Assembly (NCBI GenBank): GCA_036785375.1
Contig: JAWMAR010000259.1
Location: 1,860,001-1,924,000 of the forward strand
Source: Leucoraja ocellata
Lineage: Eukaryota
Length of the DNA stretch: 64,000 nucleotides
Reading direction: 5' to 3'
How positions within the stretch are numbered: the stretch's first letter is position 1; every line of letters begins with the position of its first letter. Of the stretch, positions 1-12,952 are shown piece by piece. The notes beneath the pieces are model-generated. The model had not been told where the DNA came from, ran no database searches, and was given only the letters and a program-made list of their open reading frames with translations. Both the position numbers and the translations under genes were made by a program.

Positions 1-990
1 ATGTCTTCAAACTAAGGAACTAGAGGCTTTTTTGGAAGTTGATGGACTTTCTTTATGATTGCATTAATGTGCTGGGTTCAGGACAGATGTTCAAAAATAT
101 GCACACTCAGGGATTTGCAGTTTTTGACACTCCGTCCCGTCGAAGAAGGCAGGTTTGTGGGCCTTCGACCTTCTTCCAAAGTCAACAATCAGTTCCTAGA
201 TTTTACTAATGTCTGAGAGCAAGACTGTTGGTCTGGCGCCATTTGGTCAGTTGGTCGATCTCCGTTCTTTACTCTGACTCATCGTCATCTGTAATTCAAC
301 AACGGGGGTGTCGTCGGCGTGTTTGAAAATGAAGTTGGAACTGTGCCCGACTACACAGTCATGAGTGTAGAATGAATAGAGCAGGGGGTTCTGCAAGCAG
401 CCTTGAAGTGCTCCTGTGCTGATAGTTATCAAGGATGAATTATTGCTGCCAGTCGTACAGATTATTGTCTATTGATGAGGAATTCGAGGATCCCATTGCA
501 GAGGGATGCGCATAGACCCAGTTCCGTGAGCTTGGTAACCAGCTCGGAGGGGATGATTATGTTGAACATTGAGCTGCAGTCTATGAACAACAGCCTGATG
601 TCACTTATTGTTTAAGTGGTCCAGTGCAGAGCCAGTTACATCGGTGGAGAGCCAATGAGATTGAATCCTCCGTTGATGTGGTTGTAGCTGTAGGCAAATT
701 GTAGTGGGTCCAGGTTCTCATTGAAGTAGTTGATATGCTCCATAACCTCTCAAAGCACTTCTTCACCACGGATGTTAGTGCCACCAGTTAGTAGTCATTG
801 AGGCGCGCCACCTTACTCCTCTTGAACGCCCGTGTTATTGATGCCCTTTTAAAGCAGGTGGGAACCACAGACCTCAGTAATGAGAGGTTGAAGATGTCTG
901 CAGATACTCCAGCCAGTTGGTCTGCACAGGTTTTAAGAACATGACCTGATATACCATCACGTCCTGACGTTTTCCCGAGGGTTCACTCTC
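1..990 (-). mobile_element. Degenerate Rex1/Babar-type non-LTR retrotransposon RT fragment
   Basis: Minus-strand translation STGALQGCLQNPLLYSFYTHDC...IFKHADDT resembles the STGxPQGCVLSPLLYSLYTxDC...KFADDT RT motifs; frameshifted. Confidence 0.8.
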
Positions 991-1160
991 CTGAAGATTC
1001 TTCTGGCCTCGGTGACTGTGATTGTAATACCATCGGGGGCCATATGGGGAAGACACATCAGCGTTCAGCATAGATGCATGAGAGGAAATCCCATAAATAT
1101 ACACAATTATAATAGGATGAGACAGGCCACATAGAGGGACAATGTTCCCTGCAGGCGGTG

Positions 1161-2598
1161 CAGGCATGTGCCGTGAGTAATTACTCGGGGTAGGCAGTCA
1201 GTCGGCTTGAAAAAAAACCTTAAATCACGCATGCGCAGATTGTTCTCATCTCTGTGAAAATAAAAAATGAAAATAAAGAAAGTAACAATTCAATTTACCC
1301 AAGGCTTCCAAATCTCCTTCATTCTGAATTACTGAATGGATGGGGGGTGGAGGGTGTCGGCAGGTGGATAGATGGTGGGGAAAAATAGGAGCCCCTGGGA
1401 CAAGTTGAATCAGTTGTAATCTTATTGAATGACAATAATGAATGAATGAATAAGTTTATACTAATACTAATTCAAGGGACCAATTGGGTGGAGAGCTCCT
1501 TTCACAGCGTGTGGAGAATCTGGCCAGGGGTAAAGTTGCGGGGAGGGCAGGAGCAGGAGGGGTCGGGGATTATGCTAGTAATCCACTCACTAACCGCTGC
1601 CGCGGCGATCCGGGTGCAGTGCCACCGCAGAACTAGCTGCCATTTCAGTGCCTTCTGCTGGCCCGCTCACCTCTGCCAGTGCTCTCCGTCTGAACATCTC
1701 TTGCCGGCTTCGCTCATGTCAGCCGCTTCCCGCAAATCCTTAAATTCCCACAGCTGAGTATCCTCAATTGGTCCCTTGATCGTGCTGTCGGAATTTAAGG
1801 ATTTGCTGGAAGAGGCTGACATGAGTGAGGCCGGCGAGTGGCAAGAGGGAGGTTTTCAGACGGAGAGCACTGCCAGAGGTGAGCAGTGTGGTGGCAGAAG
1901 GCGCTGTCCGGTCCTGGCGGCCGCTCGCAGCCACCCGAGCTACTTCTTCCCCCCCCCCCCCCCCCGGCCACAATGCGGTGGCTTGGAGCATCGCAAGTGG
2001 TGGCATGATCGCCGACCCCCTCCTTCTCAACATTCCTGCCCTCGCCACAACTTTACCCCAAGCCACTCCCCACACGCTGTGAAAGGAACTCTTGCCACCC
2101 CGGGAAATACGGTATTTAAAAACATATAGCACCAAGAAATGTACTTACCACATTATCGGTACACGAACTCCCTTCTTTTTTTCCTAAGATACTCTTAAGA
2201 TAATGGCAATTCATGTTTGAAAAACCTGCCAGAAATTCTGCCTAAAACAGGTGAGAGGCTGTGAGAAAGATGGGGGAAGAGGGTGGACAATGAATTTTAG
2301 ACATTTTCACCGGAAGGAGCGTGATTGACAGGAGAGAGAATCTCATCATTTTTTAAACATTAATAAGTCTTTTATTTTTCATTGATGGGAAAGATCCTGT
2401 GGCCCTGACAACTGGAGGGGGACTCTGAGTAAGGTGGCCAATAATCGCAGCCGTAAGTGGTCGCGTTTTTTCTAAAATCAATATATAGTGCAAACAGGAA
2501 CTGGTCAAGTTTAGACTTTTAATTATATAGATTACCATTTTATAATTTTAGTCAGGGTAGGCAGTGCCTACCTTGCTTACTCTGATGGCACGTGCCTG
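1161..2598. mobile_element. Non-autonomous hAT-like DNA transposon inserted into an old CR1 fragment
   Basis: TIRs CAGGCATGTGCCGTGAG / CTGATGGCACGTGCCTG; degenerate 8-bp TSD aggcggtg / gggtggtg; CR1-like sequence continues across both flanks. Confidence 0.65.
1467..2531 (-). mobile_element. Non-autonomous Helitron-like element nested in the hAT-like element
   Basis: Minus-strand 5' end A|TCTATATAATTAAAAGTCT resembles the 5' end at 24359; degenerate 3' end ...TTAG|T at 1467-1470. Confidence 0.5.
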
Positions 2599-3028
2599 GG
2601 GTGGTGAGTCCAGTATCAGGGTCGCAGCCCTGGAATAAGGGGCATGTTATTCAGAATAGATGCTGGTGAATTCTCTACCAAGATGGCACTGGAGAGTATA
2701 TCTTTAAATATATTCAGAGAGGAAGTAGGTATCTCTATTTAACTAGAAGTCTCCGTCATGTTGAGCAGAAAGTTGGGGGTAAGGTCTTGAAGTGAATTCA
2801 GTCGTGTCTGGATTGAATGGCCTGCTCTTATTTTCTGTTTCTATGCAACCAACTATATTTCCTGTTTCATTTTAACTCTGTCCAAGATTTAGTTAACTTG
2901 GGTAGATGCATTTAAACTGTAATTTTCATTCACAACATTTGGGTCTTCGATAGATTAACATTTCTAATCTTTGACATTTTTACTTATACAGTAATCATTG
3001 GTCATTGACAACATAATTTTAGCTACTA

Positions 3029-3540
3029 CTAGACCAAGTGCAGACCCATTGGGTCTGTTCCCCCAACGTACGGTTGCGGGGAGGGGGGGGGGGCAGCATG
3101 TGGCGTCACACAAACTAACTACCCCCCCCCCCCCCCGCACATACGCTAACCACCCCCTTGATATTATATTAATATTATTAATTTGCTCCTTTTACCCCAT
3201 AACGGCCCTCTCAACTCGCAGGCGCTTCTAGAGAGGGGGGGGGGGGGGTTAGAGAGTGAGGGCAGAGAGACAAGGGGCAGAGACAGAGAGAGGGGCAGGG
3301 GCAAGAGACAGAGGGGGTGGAGGGGAGGAGAAGAGGGAGGGTGGGAAGGGAGGGGGAGAGGTGGGGGGAGGGGTGGGGGGAAGGAAGAGGGGAGGGGGTG
3401 AGAGGAGGGAGGGGGTGAGAGGAGGGAGGGGGTGAGAGGAGGAGCGGTGAAGTACATAGGTCCCGTGGTCGGAGCACTTTTACTCGGTAAGTGATCGCAG
3501 ACAGCTCCGAGATTAAATGTTAAAGACTTACTTACTAGAC
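3029..3540 (-). mobile_element. Helitron-like element, 3' end with hairpin and CTAG
   Basis: Hairpin CAGACCCA-t-TGGGTCTG (3041-3057) followed on the minus strand by CTAG|T at 3029; purine-rich low-complexity body; 5' end uncertain. Confidence 0.6.
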
Positions 3541-3614
3541 TACAACAATCTGGCATTAATGAAAATGTTTAATTTACCTTGTTATGGATACACATAGTTT
3601 AGGCCCTCAACTTC

Positions 3615-3698
3615 ATGAATGGAGTGAATGAATGATAGAGTGAGTGAGTGAATAAGTGAATGTATGAGTGAATGAATGAATCAATGATTGAGTGAATG
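3615..3698 (+). repeat. Degenerate (GAAT/GAGT)n microsatellite
   Basis: Directly visible tandem gaat/gagt units. Confidence 0.8.
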
Positions 3699-4409
3699 TA
3701 CAGCCTCCAAATCTCATTTTTTCACATTAAAAAAATGGGCGCAATTAAATTAATTAAAGTCCATACAGATTAATTTTCATAAATTCTAACTTTAGATCTT
3801 ACCTTTCAGTTCCAGTTGATTCACAAAGTTTGACTGGTATCACAACTTTGTGTTGCAGCATCTCAGCAGCGACTTTGCTTTCAGAACTTTCTTCCACTTC
3901 TATCCACTTAGCTGCCCATTCTTCAGACTTCTTAATGCTTTACTCACTAAATTCAATTACCCTGCTGCAAGTTTCCACAACATGTATTCCACAGAACTAG
4001 AAAGAAACTTTATCGGAATCGCCAGTAAAATAGGCATCAGTAGAAGCACTCTCAGCCATGTTGTGTGCTCCTTGCCTAGCTAGCCTGAAACAAAGCTCGT
4101 GATTGGCCAACTGGCGTCCGACTCAATGTTAAACGTGCTTTGATTGGACTAAAAATACCCGAAATGTTTCCGATTTTTCTCCAATTTAATCAAATTGTGC
4201 ACGTTTTGTTCTTGACGAGTTTCAGGGATGATTTATATAATATTTTTACATAATATGTGAAAGTTTCATGTAGTTCCGTGAGTTGGGTCACGAAATTGCA
4301 CAAAAAAGATCCTCGGCCCACAGCATATTTGCACCAATTGTGAAGAAGCGATGGCTGAACTATGTAACATTATTAGGATGGCCTTGTCAATTTTTTTTCT
4401 TCTCCTCAG

Positions 4410-4484
4410 GAAGAAAGACGAAGGCAGAGGAACGCAGTTATCATTCAATCCTTCCTCCGTGGATATAGAGACCGAAAAGAGCAA
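4410..4484 (+). CDS. UBE3C: UBE3C coding exon (~exon 3), IQ motif
   Basis: tctcctcag|GAA...CAA|gtatgt; 75 nt encoding EERRRQRNAVIIQSFLRGYRDRKEQ, matching recalled vertebrate UBE3C EERRRLKNAIIIQSFIRGYRDRKQQ. Confidence 0.95.
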
Positions 4485-4924
4485 GTATGTTCTAGAATTA
4501 ATGAAATACCAGTCGGCTTGAAAAGACTTGGATGTTCAATATAAGGGTGCAGTCAGATCACTAATTTGTTGTAAAAAGCAATTAAAAAAAATAGATCAAG
4601 TTTTTAAAAGGTTAACTGGTTTTGAAATGCAGTATATGCTTTTTGGATAGAATACATTTTCAGTAAGAGGTTGTGCTAAAGGTAAAGTTTTTTTTAATCT
4701 TTGTGGCCATAGGTAGAATGTTTACTGTATGATTTGCCAGTCTGTCAGTGTTTTTACTGAGGATAGGGAGGCTGATTAAATATTTGGAAGTGGGCAGAAA
4801 AAAGGAAAATTGAATCTCAACAGATGTTCACATGAAGCAATGAATAGAAACATCATGTCATCTCGTTATAGTGGTTTCTCTTTTTCTGTAAATTGAATTC
4901 TAATTTTTAATATTTTGTTTGCAG

Positions 4925-5071
4925 CATTCGATACAACGAAGTGAATTTGATCACTACGTCTCCATTGCACAAGCAGGCGGACATTTTCCTATCAGTGATG
5001 GATTTAATTTGACTGTTTTAATAAGGAAGCTCTTATTTTTTTACAAACAAAATAACGATTTGGATAGATTG
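4925..5071 (+). CDS. UBE3C: UBE3C coding exon (~exon 4)
   Basis: tttgcag|...|gtaaga; 147 nt, HSIQRSEFD...LLFFYKQNNDLDRL. Confidence 0.95.
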
Positions 5072-5679
5072 GTAAGAGAAAATATATCTCATTGCAATTG
5101 TATAGTTCCAAAGCAAGCAGTGAGAATTAATTCCATTTAAAAATAAAATAATTTTCTTGTTTTTTATACACATTCTTGGCTCTTTAACTCTCCATCCTCG
5201 CACTGTTACCGATGAGCAGTTGTGCAGCTTAACCCGGGTGGAAGTTACCATTTCAGATATCCAAGACATTTTATTTTACATATATGTTGGAACTCAAAAA
5301 TACAGTAATATATACAGTATATAGTAAAAATATAGAAAGCTAACACTCTTCCAACATAGTTATCATGCCTTGATTCCCTCAGTATGTAATTCCCCCAGGG
5401 AACCCTCTCTAAATTGGAGCCCTCTCCTTTTCATGGCACAAGAGGCCTTTCACGAAGATATAAGCCTACATTGCTAAACTTTGTATTTTGAATCAGAAGG
5501 GATAGTGCTAATGGCACAAAGAACAACAATTTAATTTCCAGGACAATATTGTCTAGCAATCCCTCTATGATGGTCTTTAAAGTTTATTATCTTCTTAACC
5601 TTTATAGAAATGGGCATAAAACTGAATGAGTAATGGGATTACTTGGGGGTATTTATTCATTTGATTGAACAGGCTGTCT

Positions 5680-6046
5680 GGCCTACTGGGTCCACGCTGA
5701 CCATTGGTTACCCTTTCACACTAGTTCTATGTTTTTGTACTTTTGCATCCACTAGGGACAATATACAGAGGCCAATTAACCTACAAACCCACATGTCTTT
5801 GGGATGTGGGGGGAAACCAGAGCAATAGACAATAGGTGTACGAGTAGGCCATTCGGCCTTTCGAGCCAGCACCGCCATTCAATGTGATCATGGCTGATCA
5901 TCCAGCACCTGGAGGAAACCCACGTGATCACAGTGAGAATGTATAAACTCCACACAGATAACACTTGAGGTCAAAATTGCACACTGGCACTTGAGGCAGC
6001 AGCACTATCTCTGGCACTGTACCAGCAGCTCTACCAGCTGTGCCAT
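5680..6046 (-). mobile_element. HE1-like V-SINE with a short HER1 3'-end insertion (~5824-5902)
   Basis: Core motifs ccaattaacctacaaac...gaaacccac...aaactccacacaga shared with other copies in the window. Confidence 0.7.
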
Positions 6047-6666
6047 GATACAGTTGCTTGTCGTAGCCAGAGTCATACATCATGGAAACAGACACGTTGG
6101 CCTACACCTCCAGGACTACCTGTCAACATCCACTTGTATTAGACCTTGTAACAGTGCTACACAATTCTGCTCTGTGGGCTTGTTCCAGGGATACATGCCG
6201 TGACAAACATCAACTGCTGCTGCAAAATGATCAACTTGGTAAAGGATGCACTTTGGCCTGACCAAATCATGTTAGTCTTCCAGCACAATGGGCTGTCTGC
6301 AATTAAATATTATGGACCACTGCCTGGTTAAGTCCAGGACTGTTTAGGAATGTACTAGTGCAGCCACTGCAGAATCTGTGAGGAAAGTCCACAGTTTCCT
6401 GCTGAACTTGCAGATTGAGGGGCTCGAGCATATAGTTAAAATAAAATGTACTACATTTATAGCTCATGGAGTGTATGTGGAAATAAACCTGATAATTTAA
6501 ATCATGTAGCAAATGCATCCAATATTTGCAAGCTTTAAGATTTGTATATATTTAGTGAATATATTAAGAATGTATGTTGAATGCTGGCATGGCGGGTGAC
6601 AGTGACATCTTGCGATGGTTTATGTCCGACATGATATAAAGTGACTAATTTCCCCCTCTCTTTCAG

Positions 6667-6782
6667 ACATGGATGTGTCAAAGTTTGGTTAAACACGGTA
6701 GTTTGTATGTGCAGCAGCTAATTGATTCTAATAAACAAATATGTTTATATCAAATAAAGTGCTTATTGGGTTTATGTTGCAG
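6667..6782 (+). CDS. UBE3C: UBE3C coding exon (~exon 5)
   Basis: tttcag|...|gtaagc; 116 nt, TWMCQSLVKHGSLYVQQL...CLYQIKCLLGLCC(R). Confidence 0.93.
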
Positions 6783-8129
6783 GTAAGCCTTTTTCATGAC
6801 ATTTATACCAGTGCTGTAATATCATTTGAAAGAGATTTTATTGGGGGACGTGCGCTTTGGGGATGATATCTATAATGTCTATTGAATAAGTGGGAATCAA
6901 GTGTACTGAGAAAATATCTCTTGGTGTGTATCAGTTGGTAAATGTTGAGCATTTTATCCTGTTTTTAATTATTTTAATTGAAAAGCTTTGTTAAGGTATC
7001 ATTTGCTGAAACACAGTAAGAAACTTGAGCACCAAAAAAATGAACGTGGATCTATTTTTCCCTCGTCTACTGATTTCTCCCTACCCCCCATGTACTCTGT
7101 TCGGTAAAGTCTCAAGAACTCCAGTCAATGTTAAATATCACTTCCCTGTCACACACTCTGTCATATTTCAAATTTCTTGCTGTCATATTTGTCATAGATT
7201 CCAGCATTTTCCAAACATTGATGTCATAACAGATCTGCACTTGCATATTTTCTCTCTTCATTTCTTAAATACAGTGATCATATTTGCAGGTATCTATTCT
7301 GTGGGAACCATCCAGAATCTATGATGACACATGCATCAATTTTGTTTGTTCTTTCAAACCTTGGGGTTCTTGATTATTAAGTCCTTAGGATTTATTAATT
7401 TCCAGTGTTCAGTAGCTTTGCTCATAATCTAATTCTTTAAAATATTAATTCATTTTATTGCCTTGTTTGGTTCATTAGTATTTCCATAACCAGCTAATTT
7501 GGTCCTTACACAATCAGAATTTCTAAAGTTCAGATGGAAAAGACTGGTTTCAGATTTAATCCAATTAAACCGATTTAGATATGAATATAGAAGGATTTTA
7601 CGTTTCGCCATAACTTGAATGGCCTGTTTATTTATAATGTCTAGACTTGCCCTTGAATGATAGCTATTGCTTGAAGAATGGTTGATGTCTGTGGATCTAT
7701 GTCGCAACAAGGAATCAAAGCCATAGTGGAATAAGCTTTTTTCAAAACAAATAATTTGAGTCAAAGTTTCCAAAATGTTTTGGTTATAAAGCTTATCAAC
7801 TAAATGGTAACTAATAATGCAGATAATATTTTTTTCTTATTATTAATTGTTTTAGAAAGTAACGTAACTATGCAACAACTTCATTTCATATTGTTTCTAA
7901 ATTAAATACGTGAAATTATTGATGGTGCCCGAACTGTGAGCTCCCAAAGTTTGTTGATCAAGGAATTGTTCCATTAATTTGGAAAATTGCAGACCACTGT
8001 ACTACTTAAGAAAGTGAGAGGAAGTTCAAGAAGTTATAAACAAATTATTTTAGCCCCCATTCTAAGAAATTGAAGACTTGGAATGAGGTTAAAAAGACAA
8101 ACACGTTTTAAGTTTCACTTAATCAGAGT

Positions 8130-8952
8130 TTAGTTTATATATACACCATGGAAGTAGCCCTTCAGCCCACCTAGCCTACGTCGGCCATCAATCACCCTTT
8201 TGTACTAGTTCTATGATGTCCCATTTTCTTATCTACTTACACACAAGGGATAGAAACATAGAAAATAGGTGCAGGAGTAGGCCATTTGGCCCTTCGAGCC
8301 TGCACCGCCATTCAATATGATCATGGCTGATCATCCAACTCAGTATCCTGTTCCTGCCTTCTCTCCATACCCCCTGATCCCTTTAGCCACAAGGGCTACA
8401 TCCAACTCCCTCTTAAATATAGCCAATGAACTGGCCTCAACTACCTTCTGCGGCAGAGAATTCCAGAGATTCACCACTCTCTGTGTGAAAAAAGTTTTCC
8501 TCATCTCGGTTCTAAAAGATTTCCCCCTTATCCTTAAACTTTGACCCCTTGTTCTGGACTTCCCCAACATCGGGAACAATCTTCCTGCATCTAGCCTGTT
8601 CAACCCCTTAAGAATTTTGTAAGTTTCTATAAGATCCCCCCTCAATCTTCTAAATTCTAGCGAGTACAAACCGAGTCTATCCAGTCTTTCTTCATATGAA
8701 AGTCCTGACATCCCAGGAATCAGTCTGGTGAACCTTCTCTGTACTCCCTCTACGACAAGAATGTCTTTCCTTTACAATGACCAATTAATCTACAAACCTG
8801 CATGTCTTTGGGACATGGGAGGAAACTATAGCACTTGAAGGAAACCCACACGGGAAAACATGCAAATTCTGCACACAGCACCCAAGGTCAGGTTTTAACC
8901 CAGGTCTTTGGTGCGGTGAGGCAGCAACTCTACCAGCTGTGCCACTATGCTG
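8130..8952 (-). mobile_element. HE1-like V-SINE interrupted by a HER1 LINE
   Basis: SINE halves ~8130-8250 and ~8771-8952 join seamlessly around the LINE. Confidence 0.7.
8251..8770 (-). mobile_element. 5'-truncated HER1/CR1 LINE (ORF2 C-terminus plus 3' tail)
   Basis: GLSYEERLDRLGLYSLEFRRLRGDLIETYKI...FFTQRVVNLWNSLP; tail ctcctgcacctattttctatgtttcta. Confidence 0.92.
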
Positions 8953-9322
8953 CCATTATTAAGAATTAGCATTATTTTGTCGGGTGTTGATTTTGCTTGG
9001 CAGATCTGTTTTAATAAACTGCTGAAAGTCTATAAATGTTTTGAGGACTTATGGAGGACATTTAACAAGCCTCTCATGACCAATTCTTGGCTAAAGTTGA
9101 AGCACATGGTAAAAAAAGGCAAATTGTTGACAGGTTAGGAAATTGTTTGATTTGCAGCAGACAATTTTGATCATTGCCTGTTTATTGGTACAATATAACT
9201 TGTAGTTTTACAGAGAATTATGTTTGGAGCTCAATTATTGACAAAGATTATTAGATGGGGAGCTCTGTAGCTGTGATATTATGAAATGTCATTTAAAGTA
9301 ATGTACTATTTTGGTTTTATAG

Positions 9323-9480
9323 ATTACTGAAGAGCTGTAACAATGAGTCTTTGAATGTTACTGTGCCTTTGCGGATGTTGGAGATTTTTTCCTCAGAAAA
9401 AACATATTTGCCCGTTATACAGGATGTTAACAGTGTAACATCGATAGTTGAACAAATTTTGCACTACATGGTTCAGAAAG
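9323..9480 (+). CDS. UBE3C: UBE3C coding exon (~exon 6)
   Basis: tttatag|...|gttagt; 158 nt, LLKSCNNESLNVTVPLRMLEIFSSEKTYLPVIQD...EQILHYMVQK. Confidence 0.95.
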
Positions 9481-9692
9481 GTTAGTAACTTCTAATAACC
9501 AATACAATAAATACATCAATGATTTTTAAATGTTGGAGGCCCTTTTAGTTACTTGCTTGGTCTCAGGATAAAAATGAAAGTTGGAACAACTACTGTTACA
9601 ATGCTATTTGAAGTCTCAATATTCGTGAATATAGCAAATGGAGTCAGCTACATCGGGGAAACGTTTGTTGCTTTAACCGTTTAAATCCATGT

Positions 9693-11430
9693 TGTGGCGG
9701 CACTGGGTGATCGGCCACGCACTGTACATAACCTTCAGCTCTTTGGGGGGGTCACATGTCCCGGTGACGAGAGATAGGGGTCACGGTTTGGTCACGGGTG
9801 CCCCTTGGGAGTATATAAGGGTTAATCGCGCACACAGTGTTGGTGAGTGAGGAGAATTAGTGTAGTAATAGAGAATCAGTATTTCGGACAAACTTCATGT
9901 CTGCCTCGATCTTTAACGGACAACTCCGCGTCCGCTACATTTTGTGACCCCCGACATCCAGAATATATTATGGAAGAAAAATGCTCCCCGCCAAAACCAA
10001 ACCCTTCGCCGCAGACGATGACCAGGCCCAACCCAGCGCCGTCGCCCTGAAGCTGCCGACCTTCTGGACCACCCAGCCGCAGGTCTGGTTCCAGCAGGCC
10101 GAATCCCACAGCTGGACCACGACAAACTCCAGCTTGCAAAGGCGGAGTTCCAAAAGATGGAAGCTATGCGAATTGTCCGGCGATCAAACTGCCCATCGGC
10201 CTCCCCTTTGCACATGGTGCCCAAGGTCTCCGGCAGCTGGAGTCCTTGTGGCAACTACCGCCGCCTGATTGACGCTACGATTGCAGACCAGTACCCCGTC
10301 CCACACATTCAGGACTTCTCTGCACATCCAGCTGGAGCTAAATTCTTCTCCAAAATCGACCTGGTCAGGGGGTACAATCAGATCCCTGTGGGACTGGAGG
10401 ATGTGCCCAAAACGGCTATCATCACCCCCTTTGTGCTTCGAATTTGTGCGTATGCCCGTCGGCCTTAAGAACACAGCACAGGCATTCCAACGCCTGATGG
10501 ACACTGTGGGACAGGACCTGGATTTTGTCTTCATTTATCTGTATGACATCCTGGTGGCCTGTCATTCACGGCAGGAACATTGCACCCACCTCCAGTTATT
10601 GTGCCAGTGCCTGAGTGAGTTTGGGTTGGTATTAAACCCGGACAAGTGCCAGTTCGGCCTTCGGGCCATCGACTTCTTGGGCCATCGTGTGACGCAGCAC
10701 GGTGCGGAGCCTCTACCAGACAGGGTTGAGGCCATTCGCCGGTTTCCACGGCTATCCACAGTGCGGGGCTTGCAGGGATTCGTCGGAATGATGCAGCTCT
10801 ACCACTGATTTGTGCCGCCGGGGCGAGAATACTGCAACCACTATTTCAACTGTTGTCAGGCAAGTGACAGGACATGCAGGGGACTCACGTTGCCGTGGCA
10901 GCCTTCGAGGGGGCGAAAGAGGCATTAGCTCGGGCGACGATGCTGGTACATCCACGGCTCGATGCCCCTACAGCACTAACTGTGGATGCCTCGGACACTG
11001 CGGTTGGTGGTGTATTGGAGCAGTTTGTAGACGGTCACTGGCGGCCTCTCGCTCTTTTCAGCCGCCAACTCAACCCGACGGAGCATAAATACAGCACGTT
11101 CGACCGGGAACTGCTCGCTTCATACCTGGTAGTGAGGCATTTCCGTTATTTCCTGGAGGGCCGGAACTGCGTCGCTGACCATAAGCCCCTCACTTTTGCC
11201 TTTATCAAGGTGGCCGACCCTTGGTCCACTCAGCAGCAGTGTCACCTCACTGCTATTTCCGAGTTCAGACGGACATCCGCCACATCGCCGAGAAAATTAA
11301 CCTGGTCGCGGACGCCTTGTCCCGCCCGGCTGTTATGGCCGTTCTCGACGCGTCCCCAGGAATCGATTACTCTGCTTTGGCAGCGGCACAGCTAGCGGAC
11401 GAGGAGATGAGGGCGTACCGAACAGGGCTG
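9693..11430 (+). mobile_element. Defective Gypsy LTR retrotransposon: 5' LTR (9693-9939), PBS, gag start, RT and RNase H
   Basis: LTR TGTGGCGG...CCGCTACA with TATAA; PBS-like tgtgacccccgac; gag AVALKLPTFW..QPQVWFQQAE; RT ASPLHMVPK, YPVPHIQDF, FSKIDLVRGY, FIYLYDILVA; RH VDASDTAVGGVLEQ, YSTFDRELLA. Confidence 0.92.
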
Positions 11431-11639
11431 GTGCTCGAGCTGCTGACAGCAGTAGATGTACTTTTAGTAACATCCACCTAAGTAGTTCCTTCCCTGCTCT
11501 CATGGTTCTGAATGATTTTTTTAAAAACCTGGGAAGCTTTTGCAAACTCTGCAACTATGATTGAGCACGCCCAGGAGTGACAGAGGTCACGCTTATGTTA
11601 ATATTAACCTTTTTTTCACCCAGTTTTATTCCACCAAGG

Positions 11640-11909
11640 AGGTCTTACCTTCCACTACCTGCAACCACCTTCAACTAGCATCGCAACCGGCTTCGACTAA
11701 AAAATGACCGATTTTTAAAACGGCGACCTATTTTTAGTCGAGGCCGTTTTTGAATTTTTTGAAATAATCGCCGGAACATAGAAGAAACGGAAACCACTTT
11801 TGACCATTAGGGAGACTGACAAAAACCTACGGGAACCGCACGGAAATCTTGGGTGGGGCGCAAAGTCTCCAGAGGTTTCCGTTCAGGTTCCCTAAGTGGG
11901 ACGGGCATT
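11640..11909. mobile_element. Partial PIF/Harbinger-like element (right end)
   Basis: Ends in AAGTGGGACGGGCA-tta, similar to the AGTGGGACAGGCCC TIR of other copies; left TIR not found. Confidence 0.45.
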
Positions 11910-11934
11910 ACTATAGCATTTTGTATCTATAGAC

Positions 11935-12885
11935 TGTGGTGGAGGAAGCTTTAGGCACACTGGCCTTAATGAATAATGGCATTGAGTATAGAACTGGGAT
12001 GTCATGTTAAACCTGCTGTAGGAAAGAATTCATGGGAGAGTTAGGGCTGTCTGAAGGACTTTATTCCTTGGACTGTAGAAAAGTGAGGGATGATCTTATC
12101 AATGAGTATAAAGTCATGTGGGACATGTAAAATGGATGAATGAACACAGTTTTTTCTCCCAGGATTGGGGTATCAAGAAGTGGAGGCAAAGTTCTGGAGG
12201 ACTGGAGAGTAAGCAATTTTGTTACTTTGTTTAAAAAGGGACGTAGAAATAACCAAGCAAATTAAAGGCACACATCAGTTGTTCAGCTGCTTTGGAGAAG
12301 ATTATTTGGGACAGGATTTCCCCTCATTTGGAAGAGAATGGACTGATGGGGGATAGTCAGTACGGCTTTGTCTTTAGTAGGTCAGATCTTACAAACTTGA
12401 TTTGAGTTGTTGAGGAGGTGACGAAGGTGATTAATGAGAATAGGGCAGCGTATGCTGTCTACATAGATTTTAGTAAGACATTTGATAAAGTCCCTCATGG
12501 TATGATAATCCATAGATTTAAGATACATGGGGTCTATGGTGACATGTTTGTTTGGATTCAGAACTGTCTTACTCATAGAGGGTTGTGGTGCAAGTGTGCT
12601 ATTCTGGCTGGAGGTCTGCGACCAGTGAAGTTTCACACAAATCTGTACTGGGATCTCTGTGATATCTACATTTCCGACACTTCATATATGTGTTTGTTAG
12701 TATGTTTGCTGCTGAAACCAAGATTGGTGGATTTGCATGTAGTGAGGAAGGTTGTCAAAGTATGCACTGAGATAGAGATCAGATCCAGAAAATGCAAATG
12801 CAGTTTAACCGAGCAAATGTGAGGTGTTGCACTTTGCGAGGTTGAATATGAGTATGTAGTAAATGGCAAGTAATTAAACAGTGTT
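11935..12885 (+). mobile_element. Old CR1 LINE fragments (RT region)
   Basis: VYIDFSKTFDKVPHG, cagtacggcttt (QxGF), SDLTNLI-type motifs; many stops. Confidence 0.8.
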
Positions 12886-12952
12886 GATGTAATTCAACAG
12901 CATTTATTTTTCAAGATGTAACGTTGTGTTTTGATTTTTGTTGTTGTTGCAG

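Noticed and set aside
3164-3556. Pro/Gly-rich ORFs on both strands
   Set aside because: Artefacts of G/A low-complexity tracts inside a Helitron-like repeat.
1-4409. Searched for UBE3C exons 1-2 and promoter
   Set aside because: No MFSFEGDFK or EEKASLLHRTQ-like coding sequence seen; the CpG-rich part at 1470-2100 belongs to a repeat.
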